The position numbers and the translations under genes are program-made. The notes below the pieces were generated by a model that was not told the DNA's origin, did no database searches, and saw nothing but the letters and a program-made list of their open reading frames with translations. From Candidatus Entotheonellaceae bacterium (GTDB lineage Bacteria; Tectomicrobia; Entotheonellia; Entotheonellales; Entotheonellaceae), in assembly GCA_965238075.1 (NCBI GenBank), contig OZ250173.1, positions 1,472,001 to 1,536,000 of the forward strand: a stretch of DNA of 64,000 nucleotides, in the 5' to 3' direction. The first letter of the stretch is position 1. The number at the start of each line of letters is the position of its first letter. Shown one piece after another: positions 32,341 through 41,357 of this stretch.

Positions 32341-34440
32341 TCAAATGTGCCGCTTCTGTAACCGCAGCGAGTTACAGACGACGAAAAGGCTGCTGACAAC
32401 CATCGCCAGTGCGGCCAGAATCGGGGTCAAAATCCCCTGTACGGCCAGAATCAGCCCAATCGCGTTGTAGCAGAACGCCCAGATGAGGTTGCCGCGGACG
32501 GTCCAGCGGGTTGCCCTCGCCAGCCTGATGAGCCACGGAATCTGTCGCAGATCATTGCGTAGAATGCTGACATCCGCTGTCTCCTTGGCCAGGTCTGTGC
32601 CTGATCCCATGGCGATGCCTAGCGACGCCGTGGCCAAGGCAGGTGCGTCGTTGATGCCGTCCCCAATGACCCCCACAGCCCCTCGGGTCTGTTCCTCCCG
32701 GACCAATTCGGCCTTCTGCGAGGGAAGTAAAGACGCCGCCGGCCTTGGGATACCAAGCATTGCAGCCACACGCTGTGTGGCCGCCTCGTTGTCACCGCTG
32801 GCGAGACGGAGTTCGAGGCCCAGCCCCTTGAGTGCCTCAATGGCTTCCGGCGCTTCGGGTCGGACCTGATCGCCAAAGGCTGCCAGTCCCTGCGCCTGCT
32901 CGTTCCAGGCGCCAAGAATGACTGTCAATCCGGCAGCTTCGTAGCGCCTTTTCTTCTCCCGGAGCTTGCCTGCAAGGGCGATGCCTTGCTGGCTGAAAAA
33001 ACGTTCGTTGCCCACCACCACCCGAGACGGGAATTCGCCAGGACAGGCCACTATGCCCTCGACACCCAGACCCGGCGAGGCCTTAAAATCCAGTATGGGA
33101 TGCAAGGGTAGTCCCCTGGCCGTGACCGCCTCAACGAGTCCTTTCCCCAAGGCGTGCTCAGAGTACGCCTCAACCGATGCACAGGCGCTGAGCCAGGCAT
33201 TCTGAAACGTGTCAGGCTCAACCTGCACCGCCTGAAGGGCGGCCTGTCCCATTGTCAGCGTACCCGTCTTGTCAAAATAGAGAGTTTTAAGGCCCGCCAG
33301 AGATTCCAGGGCGTCGCCTGAGCGGATGAGTACCCCGTTGGGAGCCGCTCGACCCAATCCAGCCCAAGTAGCTAAGGCGGTGGCCAAGCCCAAAGGACAG
33401 GGACAGGCGATAAGGAGGACTGACAGGGAACTCAGCAGAGCTGGCTCCAATCCATCCGGCAATCGCAGGAAACCGGTCAGACCGGCGAGGCCCACAACAG
33501 CAGGCACGAAGATGGCCGCGATGCGATCGACCAGGCGGCGTAACGGCCCGTGTGCCGCCTGGGCTTCCTCCATAAGCCGCACCACCTGCGCAAACATCGT
33601 GTCGTCGGCGCTGTGGGTAACTTCCACGATGAGGCGCCCGGCCATCGTCACCGTTGCCCGCATGACGTGGTCGCCGCGGCTTTTGCTAACCGGCGTTGCC
33701 TCCCCGGTGAGTGTCGATTCATCGACATCAGCCGCTCCCTCGATCACCTTGCCGTCGACCGGGATACGTTCCCCAGGACGAATGAGCACCTGATCGCCGA
33801 CACGTAAGGCCGCTATCGCCACCCGATGCTCCTGTCCGGCTTCGACCACGACAGCCTCCTGCGGCGCGAGGTCAAGGAGATGCTCAAGGGCTTCGGCGGC
33901 CCTGGCCTTCGCAGAGGCTTCGAGGAAGCGTCCCAAGGTGACCAGCACCAGGATCATCGTCGCGGTGTCGAAATAGATTTGGGGATTGCCGGTAAAGGTG
34001 GCATAGGTTGACGCCACATAGGCTGACACGGCGCCGAGCGCGATGAGGCTGTCCATGCCGAAAGACAGCGCGGCAATTTCGCTCAAAGCGTGTTTGACGA
34101 AAGGCCAGCCGAGGATGAACATCACCGGCGTCGCGAGGGCGAAGCTGATGTAGGCAATTTTCGGCACAATCTCAGGGTCGATTTCGGTGAGGTGGCCTGA
34201 GTACAGGAGAAGACTCAGGGTCATGACGTTCATGGCAAAAAAGCAGCCGAGGCCTAGCTTCGCCAGCCAGAAGGAGGCCTCCCCCGCTTCCCCGAGCTGT
34301 CCGGTAATCTGATACACCAGACTGCAGCCCGAACAGCAAAAGGCCATGTCCTCTCCTGCCACGTTGCGACGGTAGGGACGGGCAGGCAGCGGCAGACGGC
34401 AGTGGACACAATAGCGATGCGGGGAGTCCTTTGCGGGCAT
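32341..34440 (-). CDS. ccoI: P1B heavy-metal (Cu) ATPase, CcoI/FixI-like
   Basis: N-terminal C.HC...[28 protein letters not shown] and M..SS Cu(I) motifs; last gene of the cbb3 operon. Confidence 0.9.
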   Translation of the reverse strand: MPAKDSPHRYCVHCRLPLPARPYRRNVAGEDMAFCCSGCSLVYQITGQLGEAGEASFWLAKLGLGCFFAMNVMTLSLLLYSGHLTEIDPEIVPKIAYISFALATPVMFILGWPFVKHALSEIAALSFGMDSLIALGAVSAYVASTYATFTGNPQIYFDTATMILVLVTLGRFLEASAKARAAEALEHLLDLAPQEAVVVEAGQEHRVAIAALRVGDQVLIRPGERIPVDGKVIEGAADVDESTLTGEATPVSKSRGDHVMRATVTMAGRLIVEVTHSADDTMFAQVVRLMEEAQAAHGPLRRLVDRIAAIFVPAVVGLAGLTGFLRLPDGLEPALLSSLSVLLIACPCPLGLATALATWAGLGRAAPNGVLIRSGDALESLAGLKTLYFDKTGTLTMGQAALQAVQVEPDTFQNAWLSACASVEAYSEHALGKGLVEAVTARGLPLHPILDFKASPGLGVEGIVACPGEFPSRVVVGNERFFSQQGIALAGKLREKKRRYEAAGLTVILGAWNEQAQGLAAFGDQVRPEAPEAIEALKGLGLELRLASGDNEAATQRVAAMLGIPRPAASLLPSQKAELVREEQTRGAVGVIGDGINDAPALATASLGIAMGSGTDLAKETADVSILRNDLRQIPWLIRLARATRWTVRGNLIWAFCYNAIGLILAVQGILTPILAALAMVVSSLFVVCNSLRLQKRHI

Positions 34441-35111
34441 CAGTGTGCCCCGAACGGCGAGGGAGCCCAGCCAACGGCGTGCAGGGTCGTCATGACGCCC
34501 AGAATAGCCAGCAGGACCCCTGCGGCTTGCACGGCTTTCCCCCGGGTCTCACGGCGCAGAGTTACATAACCCAGCAGAATCATGCCGGGAGCCGTGCCCA
34601 GGACCAGGAGCGCCATCGTGAAGGCGCCGGTCAGTGGCGAGCCGGTGGCCGCTGCTTGGGCCAGGAAGGCGGCGATCAGGGGACAGGGAATGAAGCCATT
34701 GAACAGGCCGAGGTAGAGCGCGGAACTGAGACGCTTGACGCGGAGCAGAGCGCCAAGCGGGCGGGTAAAGCTTTCCGTGCCGGTCAGTTGCACGAGATTT
34801 CGCGCCGGCAGGAAACCGGCCAGACACAGACCCGTAAACAAAACGAACAGGCCGGCGACGAGATCAATCACGGTGTGGAGGAACGGTGCCGGGGCGGTCA
34901 GGAGGTGGCCGCAGGCGCCGGCGACAGCGCCCAGAAACATGTAACCTGTCAGCCTGCCGCCGTGGTAGACCATATGGCCGGCGAGGCCGCGGAAGCGCGA
35001 CGTGCCAACGCCGAGGGCATTGATGCCCGCGACGAATCCCCCGCACATCCCGAGGCAGTGCAGGGAGCCTCCAGCCGCGGCCAACAGGAGCAGGGCGCTG
35101 TGCAGCAGCAT
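34440..35111 (-). CDS. DsbD_2/TauE-SafE-like cytochrome oxidase biogenesis membrane protein
   Basis: [30 protein letters not shown]. Confidence 0.85.
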   Translation of the reverse strand: MLLHSALLLLAAAGGSLHCLGMCGGFVAGINALGVGTSRFRGLAGHMVYHGGRLTGYMFLGAVAGACGHLLTAPAPFLHTVIDLVAGLFVLFTGLCLAGFLPARNLVQLTGTESFTRPLGALLRVKRLSSALYLGLFNGFIPCPLIAAFLAQAAATGSPLTGAFTMALLVLGTAPGMILLGYVTLRRETRGKAVQAAGVLLAILGVMTTLHAVGWAPSPFGAH

Positions 35112-35113
35112 GG

Positions 35114-35227
35114 TTAGTACAGGGAACCCCTGGCCAGCGCACTGAGGATGTTGAACAGGGCATCCGAGAGGAGCACCAGAAGCGCCAACCACGCCAGACC
35201 AAACAAAAGCCATTCGCCGAGCTTCAT
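35114..35227 (-). CDS. 37-aa single-helix membrane peptide (possible small oxidase subunit); not in ORF track
   Basis: MKLGEWLLFGLAWLALLVLLSDALFNILSALARGSLY*; GGAGGAG RBS; fills the operon gap and stops 2 nt before the next ATG. Confidence 0.6.
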   Translation of the reverse strand: MKLGEWLLFGLAWLALLVLLSDALFNILSALARGSLY

Positions 35228-35247
35228 TGGCGTCTCTCCTCCGACGA

Positions 35248-35574
35248 TCATTTCCGCCAAGCCAGGATGGCAACCCAGGCAAAGAAAGCGACCATGCCAG
35301 CCAACATGATGCCAAAGGCGATCACCCCGTTGCGTCCCAAGGCGCTATCACCATCGGCGCCGACGAGCCCGGGTCCCAGCCCGCCCCAGTAGCCGAAGGT
35401 TGGCGTCAGACCTTCAAAAGGCCCAAAAAGATAATAGAGCGCCCAGACGAACAGGAGGGCGTATACCACCAGGAGCCACCTGTTCACCTTGCCGTGGTAC
35501 GCCTTGATTTCGCCTCCGGCGTACACTTCTACCGGATCATGCGTGTCTTCCGGGGACGTTTGCTCACGGCTCAT
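35248..35574 (-). CDS. Small two-helix membrane protein resembling the N-terminal anchor of CcoP/FixP, without heme
   Basis: YAGGEIKAYHGKVNRWLLVVYALLFVWALYY is similar to FixP_N (DGI.E..N..P.W); no CxxCH. Confidence 0.6.
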   Translation of the reverse strand: MSREQTSPEDTHDPVEVYAGGEIKAYHGKVNRWLLVVYALLFVWALYYLFGPFEGLTPTFGYWGGLGPGLVGADGDSALGRNGVIAFGIMLAGMVAFFAWVAILAWRK

Positions 35575-35719
35575 GGCGCTCAATCTCCGTGATTTTGTAT
35601 TTGACGTCCTCAACGTTCCTGAACGCCCCGATCATGATAGCCCAGAGGAAAAAGCAGCATGCGGCCAGACCCATACAGAACGCTACCAGGAACTCGAAAA
35701 AGGTGATCTGCTCTATCAT
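35564..35719 (-). CDS. ccoS: cbb3 oxidase assembly protein CcoS/FixS-like (51 aa); not in ORF track
   Basis: MIEQITFFEFLVAFCMGLAACCFFLWAIMIGAFRNVEDVKYKITEIERHEP*; matches the FLWA...G.F..VE pattern; starts 3 nt after the ccoO stop. Confidence 0.7.
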   Translation of the reverse strand: MIEQITFFEFLVAFCMGLAACCFFLWAIMIGAFRNVEDVKYKITEIERHEP

Positions 35720-35722
35720 GAT

Positions 35723-37372
35723 CTACTCCACAATGCCGAGGTGCGATTTCGACGTTGGATTGGCCATGATCGTCTGCATCTTGGCCGGATCAAAAGCCAT
35801 GCGCCAGCTAGGTGTCTGCAAATCCGGCGCATTCAACGCCGCCTTGACGGCGATGGGAAGATCGAGCTTGGCGCCGCGCAGGGTGTCGGTATAGGCGGAC
35901 AGGCTGGCTACGTAGTAAGCAATGGCCCAGCGCTGCTCCTCGCTGCGGGCCTGTCTGAACGAGGGCATCGGCGTGCCATTGAGGCCCGTGGTCATGGTCC
36001 GGAAGATGTCGGCCACCGTGGGGCCGGACTTCAAAATTCCGGTGGTGAAATCCGTCGCCTCGATCGGAAATCCCCAGTCATCGGTCAATTCGTCCGCCGA
36101 CGGCCCTTCCCCCCAAGGATACGTGAACGGTTCGCCGTCCTTTTCCCCCGGACCGCCGTGGCATTGCCAACACTTTGTGTTGACATACGTTTCTTGACCC
36201 AGCGCCACGATGTCGGCGCTCGGCGGCGGCGGCGGCGGGATATAGATGGGCGGATCGGGCCACTCATCCTCGAAGAAGGGGGAGAACGTTTTGATGTATT
36301 GAATCACTGCCCAGCGATCCTTTTCCGGTACCTCATGCCAGCTTGGCATGGCTGTGCCCCGCACCCCGCGGGTGATCGTCCGGAACAGGTCCCCATCCGT
36401 GGGTAGCGACCCTTCCGGGGTAACCCGGAACTTGAAAATGGCGTCCCGGAAGTCACGTGGCCGCTGTTCCATGAAGGTGGCAGCCGGACCATTGCCATCT
36501 CCATTGACACCGTGGCAGCCAACACAGCGCCGTGTGTAAACCGCCTTGCCCGCCTCGACCCACTCCGGTGAAGCCGGGATCGATAGTTCGGAAACGAAGA
36601 TAAGCTGCGGCCCGAATTTGTTCCGCCACTGGCCGCGATTCATCCCCAGCTTCTGGATATAGGCTACCACTGCCCGGGCTTCCTCAGTCGGGGCAACGAT
36701 GGTCACTGCCGCCTGAGAAAACGGTTCCGGCAGCAGCTCGACGGACAGCGTCGGCACGCCGTCTCGTTGTCTGGCAAAAGCCAGACCGTCCGGATTGGGG
36801 ATCAAATTGATCTTGTATGCGTCATTGAACGTGAAGAACTGGCGCAGCCCTGGGTCTTCCGCGAATTGCAGCACGCCGTCCTGTTCTTGCACGGCCACGG
36901 TTATCTGGTCGTACAGCCAGGGAAAGGCCGGCATCGTGGAGTCAGGCACCACCAATCTCGGATCCCAGTGGTGCGCGAAGTGCCAGTCGTCCCCGTACTT
37001 GAGACCAACCCGGGTGAGATCCGGGCCAATGCGTCTGGTGCTGAACAAGTGCGGCAGATCGTAGGCGTATTCCCCGGCTTGCGAAACAAAGCCCCAGCGC
37101 TGATCTTCGCCCGTAACCGGCCTGACGTATTGCGAGTGGCAGTACCAGCATCCCTCGCGGATGTAGATCTGGCGTCCCAGCCGTTCCAGTTCCGTATAGT
37201 CCTGCGCCCTATGCCAGAGCCATTTCAGTTCTCCCAACTCTGTCCGCACCACCATGGTGACCTGATCGCCTTGGGATTCGCGGATCAGAGCCGGGAGGAT
37301 GCCTTGCACAAAAACGGCCAGGGTAATAAATCCGAAGCCAGCCACCACTGCTACCGTGCGCGCGCGTTTCAT
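35723..37372 (-). CDS. ccoO: cbb3-type oxidase subunit II (CcoO) fused to two further cytochrome c domains
   Basis: GRQIYIREGCWYCHSQYVRP, RIGPDLTRVG, PDSTMP; additional CVGCH and CWQCH, each followed by a GT.MPS Met ligand. Confidence 0.9.
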   Translation of the reverse strand: MKRARTVAVVAGFGFITLAVFVQGILPALIRESQGDQVTMVVRTELGELKWLWHRAQDYTELERLGRQIYIREGCWYCHSQYVRPVTGEDQRWGFVSQAGEYAYDLPHLFSTRRIGPDLTRVGLKYGDDWHFAHHWDPRLVVPDSTMPAFPWLYDQITVAVQEQDGVLQFAEDPGLRQFFTFNDAYKINLIPNPDGLAFARQRDGVPTLSVELLPEPFSQAAVTIVAPTEEARAVVAYIQKLGMNRGQWRNKFGPQLIFVSELSIPASPEWVEAGKAVYTRRCVGCHGVNGDGNGPAATFMEQRPRDFRDAIFKFRVTPEGSLPTDGDLFRTITRGVRGTAMPSWHEVPEKDRWAVIQYIKTFSPFFEDEWPDPPIYIPPPPPPSADIVALGQETYVNTKCWQCHGGPGEKDGEPFTYPWGEGPSADELTDDWGFPIEATDFTTGILKSGPTVADIFRTMTTGLNGTPMPSFRQARSEEQRWAIAYYVASLSAYTDTLRGAKLDLPIAVKAALNAPDLQTPSWRMAFDPAKMQTIMANPTSKSHLGIVE

Positions 37373-37385
37373 AGATGATTCCCTG

Positions 37386-38777
37386 CTAGGCCGCTGCCCG
37401 TGCCAAGCGAGGCCGCGTCGACCACACCAGGTTGATGAGCAACAGGGCCAGGCCGACGTCCATGGAAATGCCCGAAAAGGTCCTGAACCACCAATACGGT
37501 TTCATGGACACCAGCGAGTCGATCCACTCGACCCGCGACATCAACATGTAACCCTGTTGTAGTCCTTGTGCGGTCAGAATCAGCCCCATGGAGGTAATCC
37601 CCATCGTAATCAGCCAAAACGACCAGTTTCCAAGACGAAAACTCCATAGTTCGCCCCCGGTAACCCGAGGCCAGACATAGACCATACCGCCCACGGCCCA
37701 CAGCACAAAGGTACCGAAAACAGTCAGATGCGAATGGGCGATGACGAAATCCGTAAAGTGCGTGGGTTCCTGCATCGACCTGAGCGCTTCGGTCGAGCCT
37801 TGCAAACAGCCGATGAGGTACATCAAGCTTCCCGTAATCAGGAACTTTGCCGGCAAGTTCCGGCCAAAGGACTGCCAACAGCCGATCATCGTGCCGAAGA
37901 AATTCTGGAGGACGGTCCACACCGGGACGATGAGGAGCATGCTGGTGATGATCGCGATGGTCTCGGCCCAGTCGGCGATCGGACTGAACAAGTAATGATG
38001 AATACCGACAAAGGGATAGAAGAAGGCGAGGGACCAGAAGCCAATGAGAGACAGCTTATGGCTATAGATGGGATTTTGGACACTTGCCGGCAGGAAATAA
38101 TAAATCAGCACATATCCCGCCGGCGTGATCCACAGGCCGACCACGTAGTGAATGTAGAGGCCGTGGAGCGCGGCGTTGTTGATCCCGGGAATGCTGTAGG
38201 GAATGATAAAGTTGCCCAGCACCCAGTTGATATCCGTCCAGATGAACGCAGCAACCAGATACCACAGGCTCACGTAGATGCGGGGCTCTTGCCGTCGGGC
38301 TACGGTGACCAGGAACTGCACCGTGATGCCCAAGAGCGCCACCCACAGCACGATATCGATCAGCAGCGGGAACTCGGCGGCTTCCAGGCCCTGGTTGTGG
38401 CCCATGGCAAGAGAGACGAAGCCCGCTGCCAGCGTCAGGTTCCATAGCCACAGGAACCCATATCCCCAACGCTCCTTGTAGACCCGTATGCCCGCCAGAC
38501 GCGGCAGGATGTAGTAGCACAGACCGATGAACAGGGTCGAAAAGGTCCCGAAGATCACCCCATTGACGTGAATGGGGCGAATCCGGCCGAACGTCAGAAA
38601 AGGACTTGCGCCCAGGAAATCCGGATAATTGAATTTCGTTGAGGCGATGACGCCCACCACCGGGGCGAACAAGAGCCAAAAGGACCCCCAGAGAAGCCAT
38701 TGCCTGATCAGGTTCTTATCGATCAGCTCGTCATTCCTGAGGGCTATCTCCTCTGTGGATGCCATCTCCTCGGCCAT
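37386..38777 (-). CDS. ccoN: Divergent C-family (cbb3-type) heme-copper oxidase subunit I
   Basis: TFGRIRPIHVN, EAAE, YIHYVVG, YPFVGIHH, HFTDF.IAHSH: six His ligands plus the helix VII Tyr. Confidence 0.92.
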   Translation of the reverse strand: MAEEMASTEEIALRNDELIDKNLIRQWLLWGSFWLLFAPVVGVIASTKFNYPDFLGASPFLTFGRIRPIHVNGVIFGTFSTLFIGLCYYILPRLAGIRVYKERWGYGFLWLWNLTLAAGFVSLAMGHNQGLEAAEFPLLIDIVLWVALLGITVQFLVTVARRQEPRIYVSLWYLVAAFIWTDINWVLGNFIIPYSIPGINNAALHGLYIHYVVGLWITPAGYVLIYYFLPASVQNPIYSHKLSLIGFWSLAFFYPFVGIHHYLFSPIADWAETIAIITSMLLIVPVWTVLQNFFGTMIGCWQSFGRNLPAKFLITGSLMYLIGCLQGSTEALRSMQEPTHFTDFVIAHSHLTVFGTFVLWAVGGMVYVWPRVTGGELWSFRLGNWSFWLITMGITSMGLILTAQGLQQGYMLMSRVEWIDSLVSMKPYWWFRTFSGISMDVGLALLLINLVWSTRPRLARAAA

Positions 38778-38796
38778 TGTCCCCTCATCGTCCCTC

Positions 38797-39720
38797 TCAG
38801 GACCACTTGATCTCGTGCTGCGCCTGAAACTGCTGACCGTGGCTGTTGGTGATCACCATACGTACAGACCCCTCCTCGACCACCCTGAGCTTCAGGGCAA
38901 TGAGAGGGTTATCACTAAGAGCGGGTGTCATCTCGTACCGGCTCACCAGACAATCCCCGTAGAACACCTGCAAGTTCTTGAGATAAAGGGGGTTCTCCAC
39001 GGCCTGGTAAAACGCTCCATCGCGCCAAGCCAGGCCCGTGCGATTTGGATGCAGAAGTTTAAGCTGCACCCGGATGACCTCTCCCGGCGTGATCCGCTGG
39101 CCCCGCACCAGCTTGGGAATGCGAATGACCGGCGGGCGAAAGCGAGGCTGCACGAACTGGCTGATCTCTTCATCCGTCGCCGTAGCACAACCCCCGGCGT
39201 CTTCGGAAACCGTAACCGAGCGCTGCGCAACCCAGCGCCCGTGCTGGTTGCACTCGGCCACGGCCACGACCGAAGAGGAACCACTATGCATGCGTGCCTG
39301 CATGCCCAGGTAGGCTTGCCCACTGCCAGGGGTCAGGTGCAAGATACCCTTGGATGGAATGGGGTCGCTCGGGTTCAGAACGTTCAGGCTGGTGATGTAA
39401 TGGTCCGGCTCCATGGGATGTGCCATTTCGACCACAATCGGCACATGGGAGCCACTATTCGTAAAGGAAGGCACTTTTAGCATGGGGAGATGCAATTGCT
39501 CGAAGGGGGTAGGATGGCGCGGGTCTTGAGGGGAACGTAACTCCCCTGCAAAAGCTTCAAACCGTTGCCCTTTCCCGTGCATCAGCAAACCGGTTGCCGC
39601 CAGGCGTGAGGCGAGACGGAACACCGCGCGCCTCGTCATACCCTGCGACTTGGCACCGCACTTTCCTGGGTCCCCGGGTTGCCACTGCGTGACCCCGCCG
39701 CGCATACGGCATCTCCCCAT
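38797..39720 (-). CDS. Tat-exported SoxY-SoxZ fusion with SOR-like metal motif (start possibly 39639)
   Basis: MTRRAVF Tat motif; SoxY-like domain ending AGGCA; SoxZ-like HPNRTG...TPALSDNP; H-LP, HPM...HYI, CNQHG. Confidence 0.82.
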   Translation of the reverse strand: MGRCRMRGGVTQWQPGDPGKCGAKSQGMTRRAVFRLASRLAATGLLMHGKGQRFEAFAGELRSPQDPRHPTPFEQLHLPMLKVPSFTNSGSHVPIVVEMAHPMEPDHYITSLNVLNPSDPIPSKGILHLTPGSGQAYLGMQARMHSGSSSVVAVAECNQHGRWVAQRSVTVSEDAGGCATATDEEISQFVQPRFRPPVIRIPKLVRGQRITPGEVIRVQLKLLHPNRTGLAWRDGAFYQAVENPLYLKNLQVFYGDCLVSRYEMTPALSDNPLIALKLRVVEEGSVRMVITNSHGQQFQAQHEIKWS

Positions 39721-39736
39721 TAGGTAAAGGGCTGGT

Positions 39737-40195
39737 TCAGTGTCGGCCCGTATCCAGCTTCGACCCCTGGTTCGACCAGTAGATATAAGCCTCCAGGGCC
39801 TTCATCGCTTCCGAGTCAGAGCCAATAATCTCCCCCTCGTTCGGTTTCTCGATGCACCAGTTGATCATGTCACGCAGGGTGGCAAAGGCGTTCATCTGTT
39901 CCTGGAATTTGGGGAACTCGTGGGGGTGCGTATCCGACGCAAAGGGGTGGCACATGGCACAGGCCATCCCGGTTCTGGAAAGGTTAACCCCCATCTGTTG
40001 CGCAGTGGCGGCGTCACCATGAAAGAGCAGGTCACCCAGTCTGACTTGCTCCATGAGCACATCCTGGAACGCCTGAAGCTGTTCCGGCGTGTGTTTTGCC
40101 TTATGCGCCAGAGCCTGGTTAAGCAGGACGGTGGCGACCAGTGACAGGCTGAGGGTTACCCCCAGCACGATGAGCGCGTACCGCTTCCTCTTCAT
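39737..40195 (-). CDS. Secreted monoheme cytochrome c, TsdA/SoxA heme-1-like
   Basis: Signal peptide, CAMCH, TLRDMINWCIEKP.EG...DSEAMKALEAY; GGAGG RBS 6 nt upstream. Confidence 0.85.
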   Translation of the reverse strand: MKRKRYALIVLGVTLSLSLVATVLLNQALAHKAKHTPEQLQAFQDVLMEQVRLGDLLFHGDAATAQQMGVNLSRTGMACAMCHPFASDTHPHEFPKFQEQMNAFATLRDMINWCIEKPNEGEIIGSDSEAMKALEAYIYWSNQGSKLDTGRH

Positions 40196-40211
40196 AGCCA
40201 TCCTCCTTTGC

Positions 40212-41327
40212 TCAATAAGGCCACTGACGGTCAGCAATGCGCGGGCGCAGGACCTGGTTGGCGTTGTCGCCCGTGCCGGAATCCCACGGGGCTTCCGCCA
40301 GGATATCCTTGCGCCACATCATGTACTCATGCTCGACCCGTCCGGCGGCGGTCACGTCCAATTGGGCCCAGCCGACGCCGTCAAAGTGGTCACCTGGGTC
40401 GGCCCGGATTTGCGGTGTGGTCAGGATCGGCACGCCTTCAGGCGCATACGGCCAGGGCCATGAGGTGGCGAGCATGCCGATGGAGCGCAGGTTGCCGATC
40501 TCATTGTAAAGCACCTGATGGGTGTGGCCATGGATGTTGGTGACGTTCGAGAACGGTTGCAGGATTTCGTGGACTTCGCGCCAATCCCGCACCCAAAAGT
40601 TCCATGGTGGGTAATACTCGTAGAGCGGGTTATGGCTAAAGAGCACAGCAGGTGCGTCCTTCGGCCAATCCGCCAGGGTGCTGTTGAGCCAGGCAAGCTG
40701 ATCATGGCCAAGGCCAGCCCAAGGCCCGGCTACCGAGCCGTCCAACGTCGCCATGTGACCCATGCGCTCCTTTGGGCTCATCTTTTTGACCGACCAGTAA
40801 TCCGGAGCGTGGCTTACGGTATCGAGCCCAATGAAACGCACGCCTTTATGATCGAAGCTCCACGGTGGTTTGCCAAAGAGCTGCTCCCATTTCGCGCCCA
40901 TATCCAGGTACCAGTCATGTTCCCCTGGAATGAAAACCTTGTTGATGGTTACCTGCTTGAGAATCTCGTTCCCAAGGTCGAGTTCCACCGGGTCGCCGAG
41001 TTGGGCCAGGTCGCCACCGAAAATCAGGAAATCGGCGGCAGGCTGCATGGCCTGGATTTCCTTCACGGCGCGTTCGGTCTTTTCGACAAAACGGGTATTC
41101 ACGTCTTTCGGATAGAGGTGGGTATCGGAAAGCCAGGCAAACTTGAATGACTCGGCACCAAAAGCCAAGTCAATGGTGTTGATGAGGGGAAACCATCCAT
41201 AGGTCGCAGCGCCCGCAGCACCGGCCAGAAACGATTTGTGCAGGAAAGTGCGGCGGGTGATCCCGAGCGAACGGTCGGGACGTTCTTCCGAATCCGTATT
41301 GCGATACGTGCCCTGAGATCCGTTCAT
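40212..41327 (-). CDS. Tat-exported calcineurin-like metallophosphoesterase
   Basis: ITRRTFL Tat signal; SDTH, GGDL, PGEHD, SHNP, HGHTH. Confidence 0.9.
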   Translation of the reverse strand: MNGSQGTYRNTDSEERPDRSLGITRRTFLHKSFLAGAAGAATYGWFPLINTIDLAFGAESFKFAWLSDTHLYPKDVNTRFVEKTERAVKEIQAMQPAADFLIFGGDLAQLGDPVELDLGNEILKQVTINKVFIPGEHDWYLDMGAKWEQLFGKPPWSFDHKGVRFIGLDTVSHAPDYWSVKKMSPKERMGHMATLDGSVAGPWAGLGHDQLAWLNSTLADWPKDAPAVLFSHNPLYEYYPPWNFWVRDWREVHEILQPFSNVTNIHGHTHQVLYNEIGNLRSIGMLATSWPWPYAPEGVPILTTPQIRADPGDHFDGVGWAQLDVTAAGRVEHEYMMWRKDILAEAPWDSGTGDNANQVLRPRIADRQWPY

Positions 41328-41357
41328 GGTATTTACCTCCTTAAACCAGAGCCTGGG

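Noticed and set aside
37386-38777. Nitric oxide reductase call
   Set aside because: The helix-VII Tyr is retained, there is no NOR-type Glu after the CuB/FeB His, and CcoO, CcoS and Cu-ATPase genes are adjacent.
38797-41327. Canonical soxXYZAB cluster
   Set aside because: No SoxX, full-length SoxA, true SoxB or SoxCD is present, so sox gene symbols were not assigned.
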